Part shown: in pieces, positions 17,757 through 26,124 of the stretch
How the letters are laid out: every line of letters begins with the position of its first letter
Position numbering within the stretch: position 1 is the first letter of the stretch
DNA from: an uncultured Chloroflexia bacterium
GTDB taxonomy: Bacteria > Chloroflexota > Limnocylindria > Limnocylindrales > CSP1-4
Assembly: GCA_963715245.1 (NCBI GenBank)
Contig: CAVQRM010000001.1
Coordinates: 965,456-1,029,455, forward strand
Direction of reading: 5' to 3'
Length of the DNA stretch: 64,000 nucleotides
Position numbers and translations under genes: made by a program
Notes under the pieces: model-generated
The model's input: only the letters and a program-made list of their open reading frames with translations
Told to the model about the DNA's origin: nothing
Database searches by the model: none

Positions 17757-20700
17757 TCACCCACGAGCGGGTATCGGGCGCGGCTGCGCGAACGAACGGC
17801 CGGCGCGCGGCTGCGCGAACGAACGGCCGGCGCGCGGCCGCGCGAACGAACGGCCAGCGCGCGGTTGCGCGAACGAACGGCCCGGCACACGGCCAGAACG
17901 AACGACGCCCCGCCGGGCCGGTGGGCCGCGACGGGGCGCTGGTGCGGAGGAGGGCGACGCCCCGGGACGGGCGCCGACGGTCAGGCGACGGGCTCCGGCG
18001 GCGGTCGGCGGGGCGGCGGGCCCCGCGTTTGGCGTCTCGGCGTCCGCGCCGGACCCGCGGCTCCAGAACCACTGCTTGCCGCCATCCACGAGCGAGTAGA
18101 TCGCCGGGATGACGAGGAGCGTGAGGAACGTGGAGCTGAACAGGCCGCCGATGACGACGGTGCCGAGCTCCGCGGCGATGATCGACCCCTGGTTGAAGCC
18201 CGCAGCGAGCGGGAGCAGGGCGAGGATCGTCGCGATGGCGGTCATGAGGATCGGCCGCACGCGGGTGCGTCCGCCCTCGATGAGCGCCTCCTTCGTGGGC
18301 ATGCCCTGCGAGCGCAGCCGTTCGACGAGGTCGAGCAGGACGATCGCGTTGGTGACCACGATGCCGATGAGCATCAGGAACCCGATGAGGGCGCTGACGC
18401 CGAGCGGCTTGCCCGTGAAGTACAGCGCCGGGATGGCGCCGATCGTCGCGAGCGGGAGGCTGAACAGGATGATGAACGGGGTGATGAGCGAGTTGAACGT
18501 CAGCACCATCGCGAGGTACACGACGAGGACGGCCACGCCCATCGAGAAGAACAGGCCGCCGAACGCCTCGCTCTGCTGCTGGGTGACGCCGGCGAGCCGG
18601 ACGTCCACGGAGGACGGGATCGTCCCGGCCGTGACGAGCGCGTCGATCTCCGCCTGGACGTCCTGGCTGACGGCACCGGTGTCGACGCTCGCGATCTCGG
18701 CCGAGATCGAGGCCGCGGGCGACTGGTCGATCCGGGTGATCGACCCCTGCGCGCTGACCTCCTCGACGGTCGCGATCTCGCCCAGCGGCATCTTCGCGAC
18801 GGTGCCCATGGGCAGCGCCTCGAGGTCCTCGACGGACTGCACCGTCTCCGGGTCGAGCTGGACGTAGACGTCCGTGGCGTTCCCGTCCTCGTCGATGACG
18901 ATCCGGGTCGCCGTGGTGCCGACCAGGGCGCCGCGGACCTCCTGGGCGACCTGGGCCGCCGTGAGGCCGACCATGATCGACTTGTTCGGGTCCGGCGTGA
19001 CCTGGATCTCCGGGGTGCCCGTGGACAGGTCCGACTTGAGGTTGAGCAGGTCGGCGTTGTCGGCGAGGGCCTCGAGCACGACGTCGTTCGCCGCGCGGAC
19101 CTCGGTCGCGCTGTCGCCCGACACGATGACGTTGAGGTTGTTCGACGTGAAGCCCGCGGCCTGTGAGACGGCGACGTCGTAGCCGTCGGTCTTCACCGGG
19201 GCAAGCGAGTCGGACAGGACCTTCGAGTACTCGACGAGATCGACGTCGTCCTCGAGGACGACGGTGATCCGGGCGCTGTTGGCCGGGCGGCCGCTCTGCG
19301 CGGCGACGATGACCTGGAAGCCGGCCTCGCCCTCGCCCGGGATCGAGCTCTGGACGAGCACGACCTTCTCGTCCTCGACGAGGATCTCCTCGGCCTGGAT
19401 CGTGCGCTCGAGGACGGCCTCGGAGCTCGTGCCGGCCGGCGGCGCGATGGTGACCTGGAGGATCTTCTCCGAGCCCGCGTTGATGAATGCGGTCGGCAGG
19501 AGGGGGGCGAGCACCCCCGTCACCATGAACAGCGCAAGCGCGATGCCGACCGTGCCCCACTTCGTCCAGCGGTTGCGCAGGACGCTCTTGATCGTCGGGG
19601 TGTAGGCGTTGATCCAGAAGCTGTTCCGGGGCTCGCCGTCCTCGTCGACGTTGAGCTTGACCTTGTTGATGAGCAGGAAGGCGAGCACCGGCACGACGGT
19701 CAGCGCCACGACGAGCGAGGCGAGGAGCGCGAAGGTGACGGTCAGCGCGAACGGCAGGAAGAACTGGCTGACAAGGCCGCCGACGAAGCCGAGCGGCAGG
19801 AACACGCCGACGGTGGTGACCGTGGCGGCGGTGATCGCGCCGGCGACCTCCCTCGGGCCGTTGATGGACGCGGTCAGGCGATCCTCGCCCAGGGCCCGGT
19901 GGCGGTAGATGTTCTCGAGGACGACGATCGCGTCGTCCACCACCCGTCCGACGGCGACGGCGAGGCCGCCCAGGGTCATGATGTTGAGCGTGATCCCGAA
20001 CGCCTGCATGATCACGAGGGCGGCGAGGATCGAGAGCGGGATGCTGACCGCCGCGACCACGGTCGAGCGGATGCTGGTCAGGAACAGGAAGATCGTGAGG
20101 ACTGCGAAGACGGCACCCAGGCCGCCCTCCTTGACGAGCCCGTCACGCGACTCCTTGATGAACGTGGACAGGTCGGACACGACCTCCACCGTGACGGTGT
20201 CCTGGTACTGCGCCCCCAGCTCCTCGAGGACGGCGGTGACCTCCTCCGCGACCTGGACGGTGTTGGCGGAGGTCGTCTTCGAGACCGACAGCGAGAGCGC
20301 GGGCTTGCCGTCCGTCCGGGCGTAGCCGGTCGTCGCGACGCCGACGATCTCGACCGTGCCGATGTCGCCGATCGTGACCGGGGTCGGCGCGGCGGGGGCC
20401 ACCGGTGCGACTGGCGACGCGTTCGGATCGACGGGCGGCGCGTTCGGATCGACCGGGACGGCGCCGGGATCGACGGGGATGGCCGTCGGGGCCTTGACGC
20501 CGACGACGAGGTTCTCGATCTGGTCGACGCTCTCGATGACCCCGATCGTGGACACCGGGAACTTCGTGCTGTCGGTCGTGATCTGGCCGGACGGGAAGGT
20601 CAGGTTGTTGGCCGCGAGGACACCGGTCACCTGGCCGGCCGAGATCCCGTTCTCCGCGAGCTTCGCCGGGTCGAGCGTGATGTCGATCCGCTGCTCCTCG

Positions 20701-21233
20701 CCGCCCGTCAGGTCGACGCTGGCGACGCCCTCGAGCCCGAGGATCGCCGGGACGATCTCGTCCTGGGCGATCGCGGCGGCCTCGTCGAGCCCCTCCTCGG
20801 TCGTCGCCGCGATGGACGCGATGATGACCGGCGAGGCGTTGATGTTGAGCGCGTTGACCGTCGGCTCGACGGTCTGCGGCAGCCCCGCGTTCTGGAGGTT
20901 CTGCTCGATCTGGGCGCGCGTCTCCTTGACGTCCGTGCCGAACTCGAACTGCGCCACGACGAGGGCGAGCGAGTTCGCAGACGTGGACTGGAGCGCCTCG
21001 AGGCGCGGGACGCCGGACACGGCCCGCTCGATCGGCTTGGTGACCTGCTCCGCGACGTCCGCGGCGCCGGCGCCGGGCAGGGGGGCGATGATCGTGATCA
21101 CCGGGAACTCGATGTCGGGGAGGAGCTCCTGCTTGAGCCCTCCCCAGGCGAAGACGCCCGCGATGAACACGGCGCCGGCGAGCAGGAGCGTGACGCTCCG
21201 CTTCGCGAGGGCGAACTCCGAGAGGCGGCTCAT
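17757..21233 (-). CDS. RND-superfamily efflux transporter (AcrB/SwrC-like) with a ~100-aa low-complexity C-terminal tail.
   Basis: 1158 aa. The N-terminus reads FALAKRSVTLLLAGAVFIAGVFAWGGLKQELLPDIEFPVITI. There are 12 TM segments and two large loops, plus GGLAVAVGRVVDDAIVVLENI and LIGIVVTNAIVLLD. No adaptor gene is adjacent. Confidence 0.85.
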   Translation of the reverse strand: MSRLSEFALAKRSVTLLLAGAVFIAGVFAWGGLKQELLPDIEFPVITIIAPLPGAGAADVAEQVTKPIERAVSGVPRLEALQSTSANSLALVVAQFEFGTDVKETRAQIEQNLQNAGLPQTVEPTVNALNINASPVIIASIAATTEEGLDEAAAIAQDEIVPAILGLEGVASVDLTGGEEQRIDITLDPAKLAENGISAGQVTGVLAANNLTFPSGQITTDSTKFPVSTIGVIESVDQIENLVVGVKAPTAIPVDPGAVPVDPNAPPVDPNASPVAPVAPAAPTPVTIGDIGTVEIVGVATTGYARTDGKPALSLSVSKTTSANTVQVAEEVTAVLEELGAQYQDTVTVEVVSDLSTFIKESRDGLVKEGGLGAVFAVLTIFLFLTSIRSTVVAAVSIPLSILAALVIMQAFGITLNIMTLGGLAVAVGRVVDDAIVVLENIYRHRALGEDRLTASINGPREVAGAITAATVTTVGVFLPLGFVGGLVSQFFLPFALTVTFALLASLVVALTVVPVLAFLLINKVKLNVDEDGEPRNSFWINAYTPTIKSVLRNRWTKWGTVGIALALFMVTGVLAPLLPTAFINAGSEKILQVTIAPPAGTSSEAVLERTIQAEEILVEDEKVVLVQSSIPGEGEAGFQVIVAAQSGRPANSARITVVLEDDVDLVEYSKVLSDSLAPVKTDGYDVAVSQAAGFTSNNLNVIVSGDSATEVRAANDVVLEALADNADLLNLKSDLSTGTPEIQVTPDPNKSIMVGLTAAQVAQEVRGALVGTTATRIVIDEDGNATDVYVQLDPETVQSVEDLEALPMGTVAKMPLGEIATVEEVSAQGSITRIDQSPAASISAEIASVDTGAVSQDVQAEIDALVTAGTIPSSVDVRLAGVTQQQSEAFGGLFFSMGVAVLVVYLAMVLTFNSLITPFIILFSLPLATIGAIPALYFTGKPLGVSALIGFLMLIGIVVTNAIVLLDLVERLRSQGMPTKEALIEGGRTRVRPILMTAIATILALLPLAAGFNQGSIIAAELGTVVIGGLFSSTFLTLLVIPAIYSLVDGGKQWFWSRGSGADAETPNAGPAAPPTAAGARRLTVGARPGASPSSAPAPRRGPPARRGVVRSGRVPGRSFAQPRAGRSFARPRAGRSFAQPRAGRSFAQPRPIPARG
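17778..17885. repeat. Four tandem 27-nt units of GCGCGGCTGCGCGAACGAACGGCCGGC, in frame inside the 3' end of the RND ORF.
   Basis: Units lie at 17778-17804, 17805-17831, 17832-17858 and 17859-17885 with a few substitutions. On the minus strand they translate as (GRSFAQPRA)x4. Confidence 0.9.
20419..20481. repeat. Three tandem 21-nt units inside the RND gene, encoding PVDP(G/N)A(V/P/S) repeats.
   Basis: GCGTTCGGATCGACGGGCGGC occurs about three times on the plus strand. The minus strand translates as PVDPGAVPVDPNAPPVDPNASPV, within the first large extracytoplasmic loop. Confidence 0.8.
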
Positions 21234-21838
21234 GCGTGATCCTTTCCGGTGATGCTGCGCGGATCGTGGTCCGCGCCGGTGATGGCGGGGTGGGTTGATT
21301 CGGGTGTGCCGGCGACGCGTGCGAGGGCCGAGAGTGCGGCCCGGACCTGGGCGAGCTCCGCGTCGTCGAGGCGCTCGAGGAGCTCGCGCATCTGGCGCGC
21401 GTTGAGCTCACGGAAGCGATCAATGAACGCGGTGCCGGCAGGGGTCAGCCCGACGAGCACCTGGCGGCGATCGACGGGATCCTCGCGCCGGGTGGCGAGC
21501 CCGTGGTCCACGACGCGGTCGACGAGGCCGCTCACCGTTGACAGCGACACGCCGAGGCGCGCGACGAGCGCCGACATGTGCAGCTCGCCGGCCGCACCCA
21601 GCAGATAGAGGACCTTGGCCTGGGGCATCGTGATGGCGATCTCCAGGAACTCGGGGGCGTGGCTGTCCGCGAGGCGCTGCATGAGCGCCTCGTAGCCGGC
21701 GATCGCATCGTCGACGGCGGCGGCACGGATGTCAGTGGTAATGGCGATCGTTCCTTCGGTTGGGCCTGATGCTTCGCTTGCGCCGGACAATTCGGGCCAT
21801 ACGATACATCGGATTGGCCGAAGTATCGGCGGAAGCAT
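21230..21838 (-). CDS. MarR-family transcriptional regulator.
   Basis: ITMPQAKVLYLLGAAGELHMSALVARLGVSLSTVSGLVDRVVDHGLATRREDPVDRRQVLVGLTPAG is a winged HTH. The stop overlaps the RND ATG (ATGA). The true start is probably internal to the listed ORF and is unresolved. Confidence 0.8.
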   Translation of the reverse strand: MLPPILRPIRCIVWPELSGASEASGPTEGTIAITTDIRAAAVDDAIAGYEALMQRLADSHAPEFLEIAITMPQAKVLYLLGAAGELHMSALVARLGVSLSTVSGLVDRVVDHGLATRREDPVDRRQVLVGLTPAGTAFIDRFRELNARQMRELLERLDDAELAQVRAALSALARVAGTPESTHPAITGADHDPRSITGKDHA

Positions 21839-21852
21839 CGGCCGGCGTGGCT

Positions 21853-21882
21853 GGTCTCATCCGGTCTCATCCGGCCTCACCC
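21853..21882. promoter_or_regulatory. Decamer direct repeat GGTCTCATCC x2 (plus a degenerate third copy) in the divergent MarR / META-lipoprotein intergenic region.
   Basis: Seen directly at 21853-21862 and 21863-21872, with GGCCTCACCC at 21873-21882. Its function is unknown. Confidence 0.3.
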
Positions 21883-21977
21883 CGTACGGGCGATCCACGG
21901 GTGCCCAACGCCCGCTACGATCCCGGTGCACACCCGCGGCGGCGCAGTCGCGTCAGCGGGTCAAGGAGGCTGACTCG

Positions 21978-22457
21978 ATGATCCACAGCACGCGGTCCGG
22001 GCCCGGTCGTCGGGTCGCCCTCGCAGTCGTCGCGCTGGCGATCTCGCTCACGGCCGCGGCGTGCGGCTCGTCTGCCGCGACGCCGTCCCCGCTGCCGAGC
22101 GGCCCGCTCGACCTCAACAACACCGCTTGGCTGCTGCTGAAGTACCTCTCGCCGGATGGCACGTCGGCGACGGTCCCGGCCGCCGTCACGCCCACCCTCA
22201 CCTTCGCCGACGGGACCGCCAGCGGCTCCGGCGGCTGCAATACCTTCACCGCCTCCTACACCCTCGAGGGCGACGTGCTTGACATGGGCCCGATCGCCTC
22301 GACGAAGATCGCCTGCGAGGAGCCGATCCTGGGCGTCGAGACGGCCTACTTCGCCGCCCTCGACGTCGTCGATCGCGCGGCCATCCTCGACGACGGCGAG
22401 CTGCAGCTGTGGGACTCCGGGGGCAAGACGACGCTGGGCTTCGTCCGCGGGTCCTGA
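21978..22457 (+). CDS. META-domain (HslJ-like) lipoprotein.
   Basis: AAGGAGG lies 8 nt upstream. The lipobox is LTAAACGSS. WLLLKY..ATVPAAVTPTLTFADGTASGSGGCNTFTASYTLEGDVLDMGPIASTKIACEEP is the META signature. Confidence 0.75.
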   Translation: MIHSTRSGPGRRVALAVVALAISLTAAACGSSAATPSPLPSGPLDLNNTAWLLLKYLSPDGTSATVPAAVTPTLTFADGTASGSGGCNTFTASYTLEGDVLDMGPIASTKIACEEPILGVETAYFAALDVVDRAAILDDGELQLWDSGGKTTLGFVRGS

Positions 22458-22521
22458 GCCGGAGGCGCCGGCTCACGTTCCTCGTCGCGGTGTTCCTGGT
22501 CCCCGTCATCTGGCCGTTCTG

Positions 22522-24630
22522 ATGCCGGACGAAGCGGACGCACGCCTGGTCCCGCCGTGGCTCCACAGGGTCGCGGCGGTTGGCTGGCGGCTGCTCGCGA
22601 GCGTCGCGTTCGGGCTCGTCCTCGTCGCGATCGCGCTCGAGCTGGCCTCGGCGACGGCCGCGACGCTCGTCGCGCTCGTCCTCGCCGCGGCGCTCGCACC
22701 GACCGCCCGCCGCCTGCGCGCCGGCGGGATGTCACGGACCGCGGCAGCCGCCGTCACCTGCGTCGTCGCCGGTGCCCTGATCGTCGGGGCCGCGGTCGTG
22801 GTCATCGTCGCCCTCGTCCCGGATGCGGTCGCGATCGTCAACGCGGTCACGAGCGGGCTGGAGGACGTCCGGGCACAGCTGGTGGCCCTGGGCGTCCCCG
22901 AGCTCGCGCTGCGCACCTACGACCGGGTCGTCGACTCGCTGCTCGGCCTGTTCTCGCTCGACGTGACGAGCCTCGCCGGGAGCGTGATCTCGCTCGGCAC
23001 GGTGCTCGTCCTGGGTACGTTCCTCACGTTCTTCCTCGTCCAGGACGGTGACCGGGGCTGGGCGTGGCTCATGCGCTCGCTCGACCCGTGGCGCGCCGCG
23101 ACGGTCACCGAGAGTGCGGAGCGCGGCGTGGACAAGGTGGGCTGGTACCTGCGCCGCACGGCACTGCTCGCGACCCTCGATGCTCTCGTGGTCCTGATCG
23201 TGCTGACGGTGACGGGCGTGCCGCTCGCGCCCGCCCTCGCCGCCGTGGCGTTCATCGCCGGGTTCGTGCCCTACCTCGGGGCGATCATGGGCGCCGCGGT
23301 CGTCGCGCTCGCCGCGCTCGCGCTCGGAGGTGCGATGCCGGCGGCAGCGGTGCTCGCCGCGCTGATCGCGACCTCGATCGTGGCGGCGCGCCTGCTCGAC
23401 GCCACGCCCCTCGGCCGCGCCACGGACGTCCATCCGCTCGTCGTCCTGTTCGCGCTGCCCGCCGGTGCCACGCTGTTCGGCCTGCTGGGCCTGGTCGTGA
23501 GCCTGCCGGTCGCCGTGTTCGTGATCGGGATCAGCCGATCGCTCGTCGTCGCGCTCGACCTCGCGCCGGGCGCAACCCAGAGGGCCGAGCCGGGAGCGGC
23601 CGGCATCCCGTTCTGGCTGGACCGGCTCGCCCAGTGGAGCTGGCGGGGCCTTGTCGTGGCCGGGCTGGCGTTCGTCGCGGTCCAGGTCGTGGTGCGCATC
23701 CCGGGCGTCGTCGTGCCGGCGGTGATCGCGGTCGTGAGCGCCGCGACGCTGCTGCCGCTGGTGGACCGGCTTGCCGACCGCGGCTGGACGCGCGGCGTCG
23801 CGGCCGCGGTGTCGACGATCGGCGCCACCGCGGCGATCGCGGTGGTGATCGGGATCGCGCTGGCCATGACCCTCGGGCCGCTCCGGGAGATCGTCGACGT
23901 GGCCGTCGCGGGCGCGGAGCTGGCCGACCTCCGCTGGCTCGCCGAGGTGGTGGAGGAGCTGGGCGCGGGCATCGACATCGACGTTGCGGGGCTCCTCGCG
24001 GCGACCTTCGGCCTCGCCCTGGCCTTCGTGCTCGCTCTGCTCATGACGTTCTTCTTCCTGCGCGATGGCCCGACCGCGGCGACCCGCGCGGTCGGCCACC
24101 TCCGGCCGGGTCGCAGGGAGCCAATCGCGGAGGCGACCCATCGCGCCGTCGAGGGCCTCGCGGGATACATGATCGGGACCGCGATCATCTCGGCCTTCGG
24201 GGCGTTCACGAGCGGCCTGATCATGGTGCTCCTCGGCCTGCCGCTGGCGCTCCCGATCGCGGTGCTCACGTTCTTCGCGAGCTTCATCCCGTACATCGGG
24301 TCCGCGATCACGACGGGGCTCGCGGTCCTGGTCGCGGTCGCCCTCGGTGACACCTCGGACGTCGTGATCATGCTGATCTACACGGTCGTGTTCAACATCG
24401 TGCAGGGCAGCTTCGTGACGCCGCTGGTCTATGGGCGGAGCCTGAGCCTGCACCCCGCGGTGGTGCTGATGGCCATCCCGGTGGGTGCCGAGATCGCGGG
24501 CATCCTCGGGATGTTCCTCGTGGTGCCGATCACCGCGATCGTTGCCGCGACCTGGCGGCTCGTGCTCCAGGCGATCGCGGACGACGAGGATGTCCAGGAG
24601 CCCACGGACCTGCACGTGGCCGAAACCTGA
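22522..24630 (+). CDS. Tandem-duplicated AI-2E (PerM/UPF0118) permease: two complete modules in one 702-aa polypeptide.
   Basis: The first module ends around FIAGFVPYLGAIMGAAVVALAALALGG..HPLVVLFALPAGATLFGLLGLVVSLPVAV. The second repeats the pattern with FFASFIPYIGSAITTGLAVLVAVALG..HPAVVLMAIPVGAEIAGILGMFLVVPITA. Confidence 0.75.
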   Translation: MPDEADARLVPPWLHRVAAVGWRLLASVAFGLVLVAIALELASATAATLVALVLAAALAPTARRLRAGGMSRTAAAAVTCVVAGALIVGAAVVVIVALVPDAVAIVNAVTSGLEDVRAQLVALGVPELALRTYDRVVDSLLGLFSLDVTSLAGSVISLGTVLVLGTFLTFFLVQDGDRGWAWLMRSLDPWRAATVTESAERGVDKVGWYLRRTALLATLDALVVLIVLTVTGVPLAPALAAVAFIAGFVPYLGAIMGAAVVALAALALGGAMPAAAVLAALIATSIVAARLLDATPLGRATDVHPLVVLFALPAGATLFGLLGLVVSLPVAVFVIGISRSLVVALDLAPGATQRAEPGAAGIPFWLDRLAQWSWRGLVVAGLAFVAVQVVVRIPGVVVPAVIAVVSAATLLPLVDRLADRGWTRGVAAAVSTIGATAAIAVVIGIALAMTLGPLREIVDVAVAGAELADLRWLAEVVEELGAGIDIDVAGLLAATFGLALAFVLALLMTFFFLRDGPTAATRAVGHLRPGRREPIAEATHRAVEGLAGYMIGTAIISAFGAFTSGLIMVLLGLPLALPIAVLTFFASFIPYIGSAITTGLAVLVAVALGDTSDVVIMLIYTVVFNIVQGSFVTPLVYGRSLSLHPAVVLMAIPVGAEIAGILGMFLVVPITAIVAATWRLVLQAIADDEDVQEPTDLHVAET

Positions 24631-24657
24631 CACGAGTCGGCAGGTTCGGCGCGTAGC

Positions 24658-26070
24658 ATGCCGCCCGTGACCACCGCTCCCAGACCCATCGCCGCGCCCG
24701 TGGCGCGCCGCTTCCTCGTCCTGCGCCACCTCCTCGCGCCGCCGCGGTCGCTGCCCGCCGAGCCTGCGTCCGTGATGCGGGTCGTGGACCGCCTGGGCTC
24801 GCTCCAGTTCGATCCACTCGAGGTCGCCGGGCGCAACCACGACCTGACGCTCCTCGCCCGGGTGCCCGGATACCGCCGCTCGTGGACGGACGAGCTCCTC
24901 TATGGCAGCCGGGACCTGTACGAGACGTACAACAAGCAGCTGTCGCTCGTGCCAACGGCGGAGCTGCCGTGGTACCGGCTGGCCTGGGATCGCGAGCATG
25001 CCGCGCACAGCGGCGGTGCCTTCGACGAGCACGCGCCGCTCGTGGAGGAGCTCCTCGAACGGATCCGGACGACGGGCCCGATGTCGTCCACGGACCTCCA
25101 ACCCCGGGCGGCCATCGACTGGTACTGGCGGCCGACGAACCCGGTGCGGGCGATCCTCGAGGCACTGGCCGAGGCCGGCATCCTCGGCATCAGCCGGCGC
25201 GAGGGCAACCGTCGCATCTACGACCTCACCGAGCGGCTGTTCCCGCCCGACCTCCTCGCGCGCCGCCCGGCGGAGCGCGACCAGCGCCGGCACAAGCTCC
25301 TCTCGCGCTACCGCGGCAACGGGCTCCTGGGGGCGAGCGGGGAGGGCACGCTGTGGGCCGGCACGGGCGCCGCGCCGCTGCGTGCCGAGCTGCGGGCGGA
25401 GCTGGTGGCGGACGGCACGCTGGTGCCGGTCGTGGTGGACGGCGTGCGCGGCACGCGCTACGTGCTGGGCGCGGAGCTGCCGATCCTCGCCGCCGCGGAG
25501 GCGGAGGTCGCGACGGACCTCGCCGGCGGGGCAGGGGAGGGCCCGCGGATCGGCCGTCCGGGCGGCCACGAGCCCGGTGTCGCGTTCCTTGCGCCCCTCG
25601 ATCCGCTCGCCTGGGACCGGGACCTGCTGCTCCGGCTGTGGGGCTTCGACTACCGCTGGGAGGTCTACGTCCCGGCGGCGAAGCGCCGCTGGGGCTACTA
25701 CGTGCTGCCGCTCCTGTACGGGGACCGGATGGTCGGGCGGATCGAGCCGCGGATCGACCGGGCGTCCGGCACCCTGCGCATCCTGGGGCTGTGGTGGGAG
25801 CCCGGGTTCGACCCGCTCGACGAGGCGAACCCGGGCTTCGCTGACGCGTTCGTCGACGCGCTCCAGGCGCACCTCGCGTTTGCGGACCTGGACCGGGTCG
25901 CGATGCCGCGTGTCCTCCGCCACCGCCCGTTCGCCGGGGCAGTCCGGGCGCGGCTGGACGCGCGGCCGGGGGCGGTCGGTCGCCGCCCCCGGGTCGTGAA
26001 GGATGCTCAGGCTGGCGCCGTGATCGCCTCCGACACCGTCTCGCTGCGAGTCGCCAGCCCGGCGCCGTAG
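24658..26070 (+). CDS. Winged-helix DNA-glycosylase-like protein (YcaQ/AlkZ, DUF1006 type).
   Basis: RLGSLQFDPLEVAGRNHDLTLLARV, LYETYNKQLSLVP, WYWRPTNPVRAILEALAEAGILGISRREGNRRIYDL and RRWGYYVLPLLYGDRMVGRIEPRID. Confidence 0.65.
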   Translation: MPPVTTAPRPIAAPVARRFLVLRHLLAPPRSLPAEPASVMRVVDRLGSLQFDPLEVAGRNHDLTLLARVPGYRRSWTDELLYGSRDLYETYNKQLSLVPTAELPWYRLAWDREHAAHSGGAFDEHAPLVEELLERIRTTGPMSSTDLQPRAAIDWYWRPTNPVRAILEALAEAGILGISRREGNRRIYDLTERLFPPDLLARRPAERDQRRHKLLSRYRGNGLLGASGEGTLWAGTGAAPLRAELRAELVADGTLVPVVVDGVRGTRYVLGAELPILAAAEAEVATDLAGGAGEGPRIGRPGGHEPGVAFLAPLDPLAWDRDLLLRLWGFDYRWEVYVPAAKRRWGYYVLPLLYGDRMVGRIEPRIDRASGTLRILGLWWEPGFDPLDEANPGFADAFVDALQAHLAFADLDRVAMPRVLRHRPFAGAVRARLDARPGAVGRRPRVVKDAQAGAVIASDTVSLRVASPAP

Positions 26071-26124
26071 ACCGCGATCCCGGGCAGCAGGAACACGCCC
26101 ATGGTCGCGCGCTACCCTCATGCC

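Noticed and set aside
17368-19560. A 730-aa minus-strand ORF and a 545-aa plus-strand ORF (17529-19166) overlapping the RND gene.
   Set aside because: They are alternative or antisense frames of a gene whose own frame gives a full-length, motif-bearing RND transporter. Their composition is again Arg/Pro/Gly-rich.
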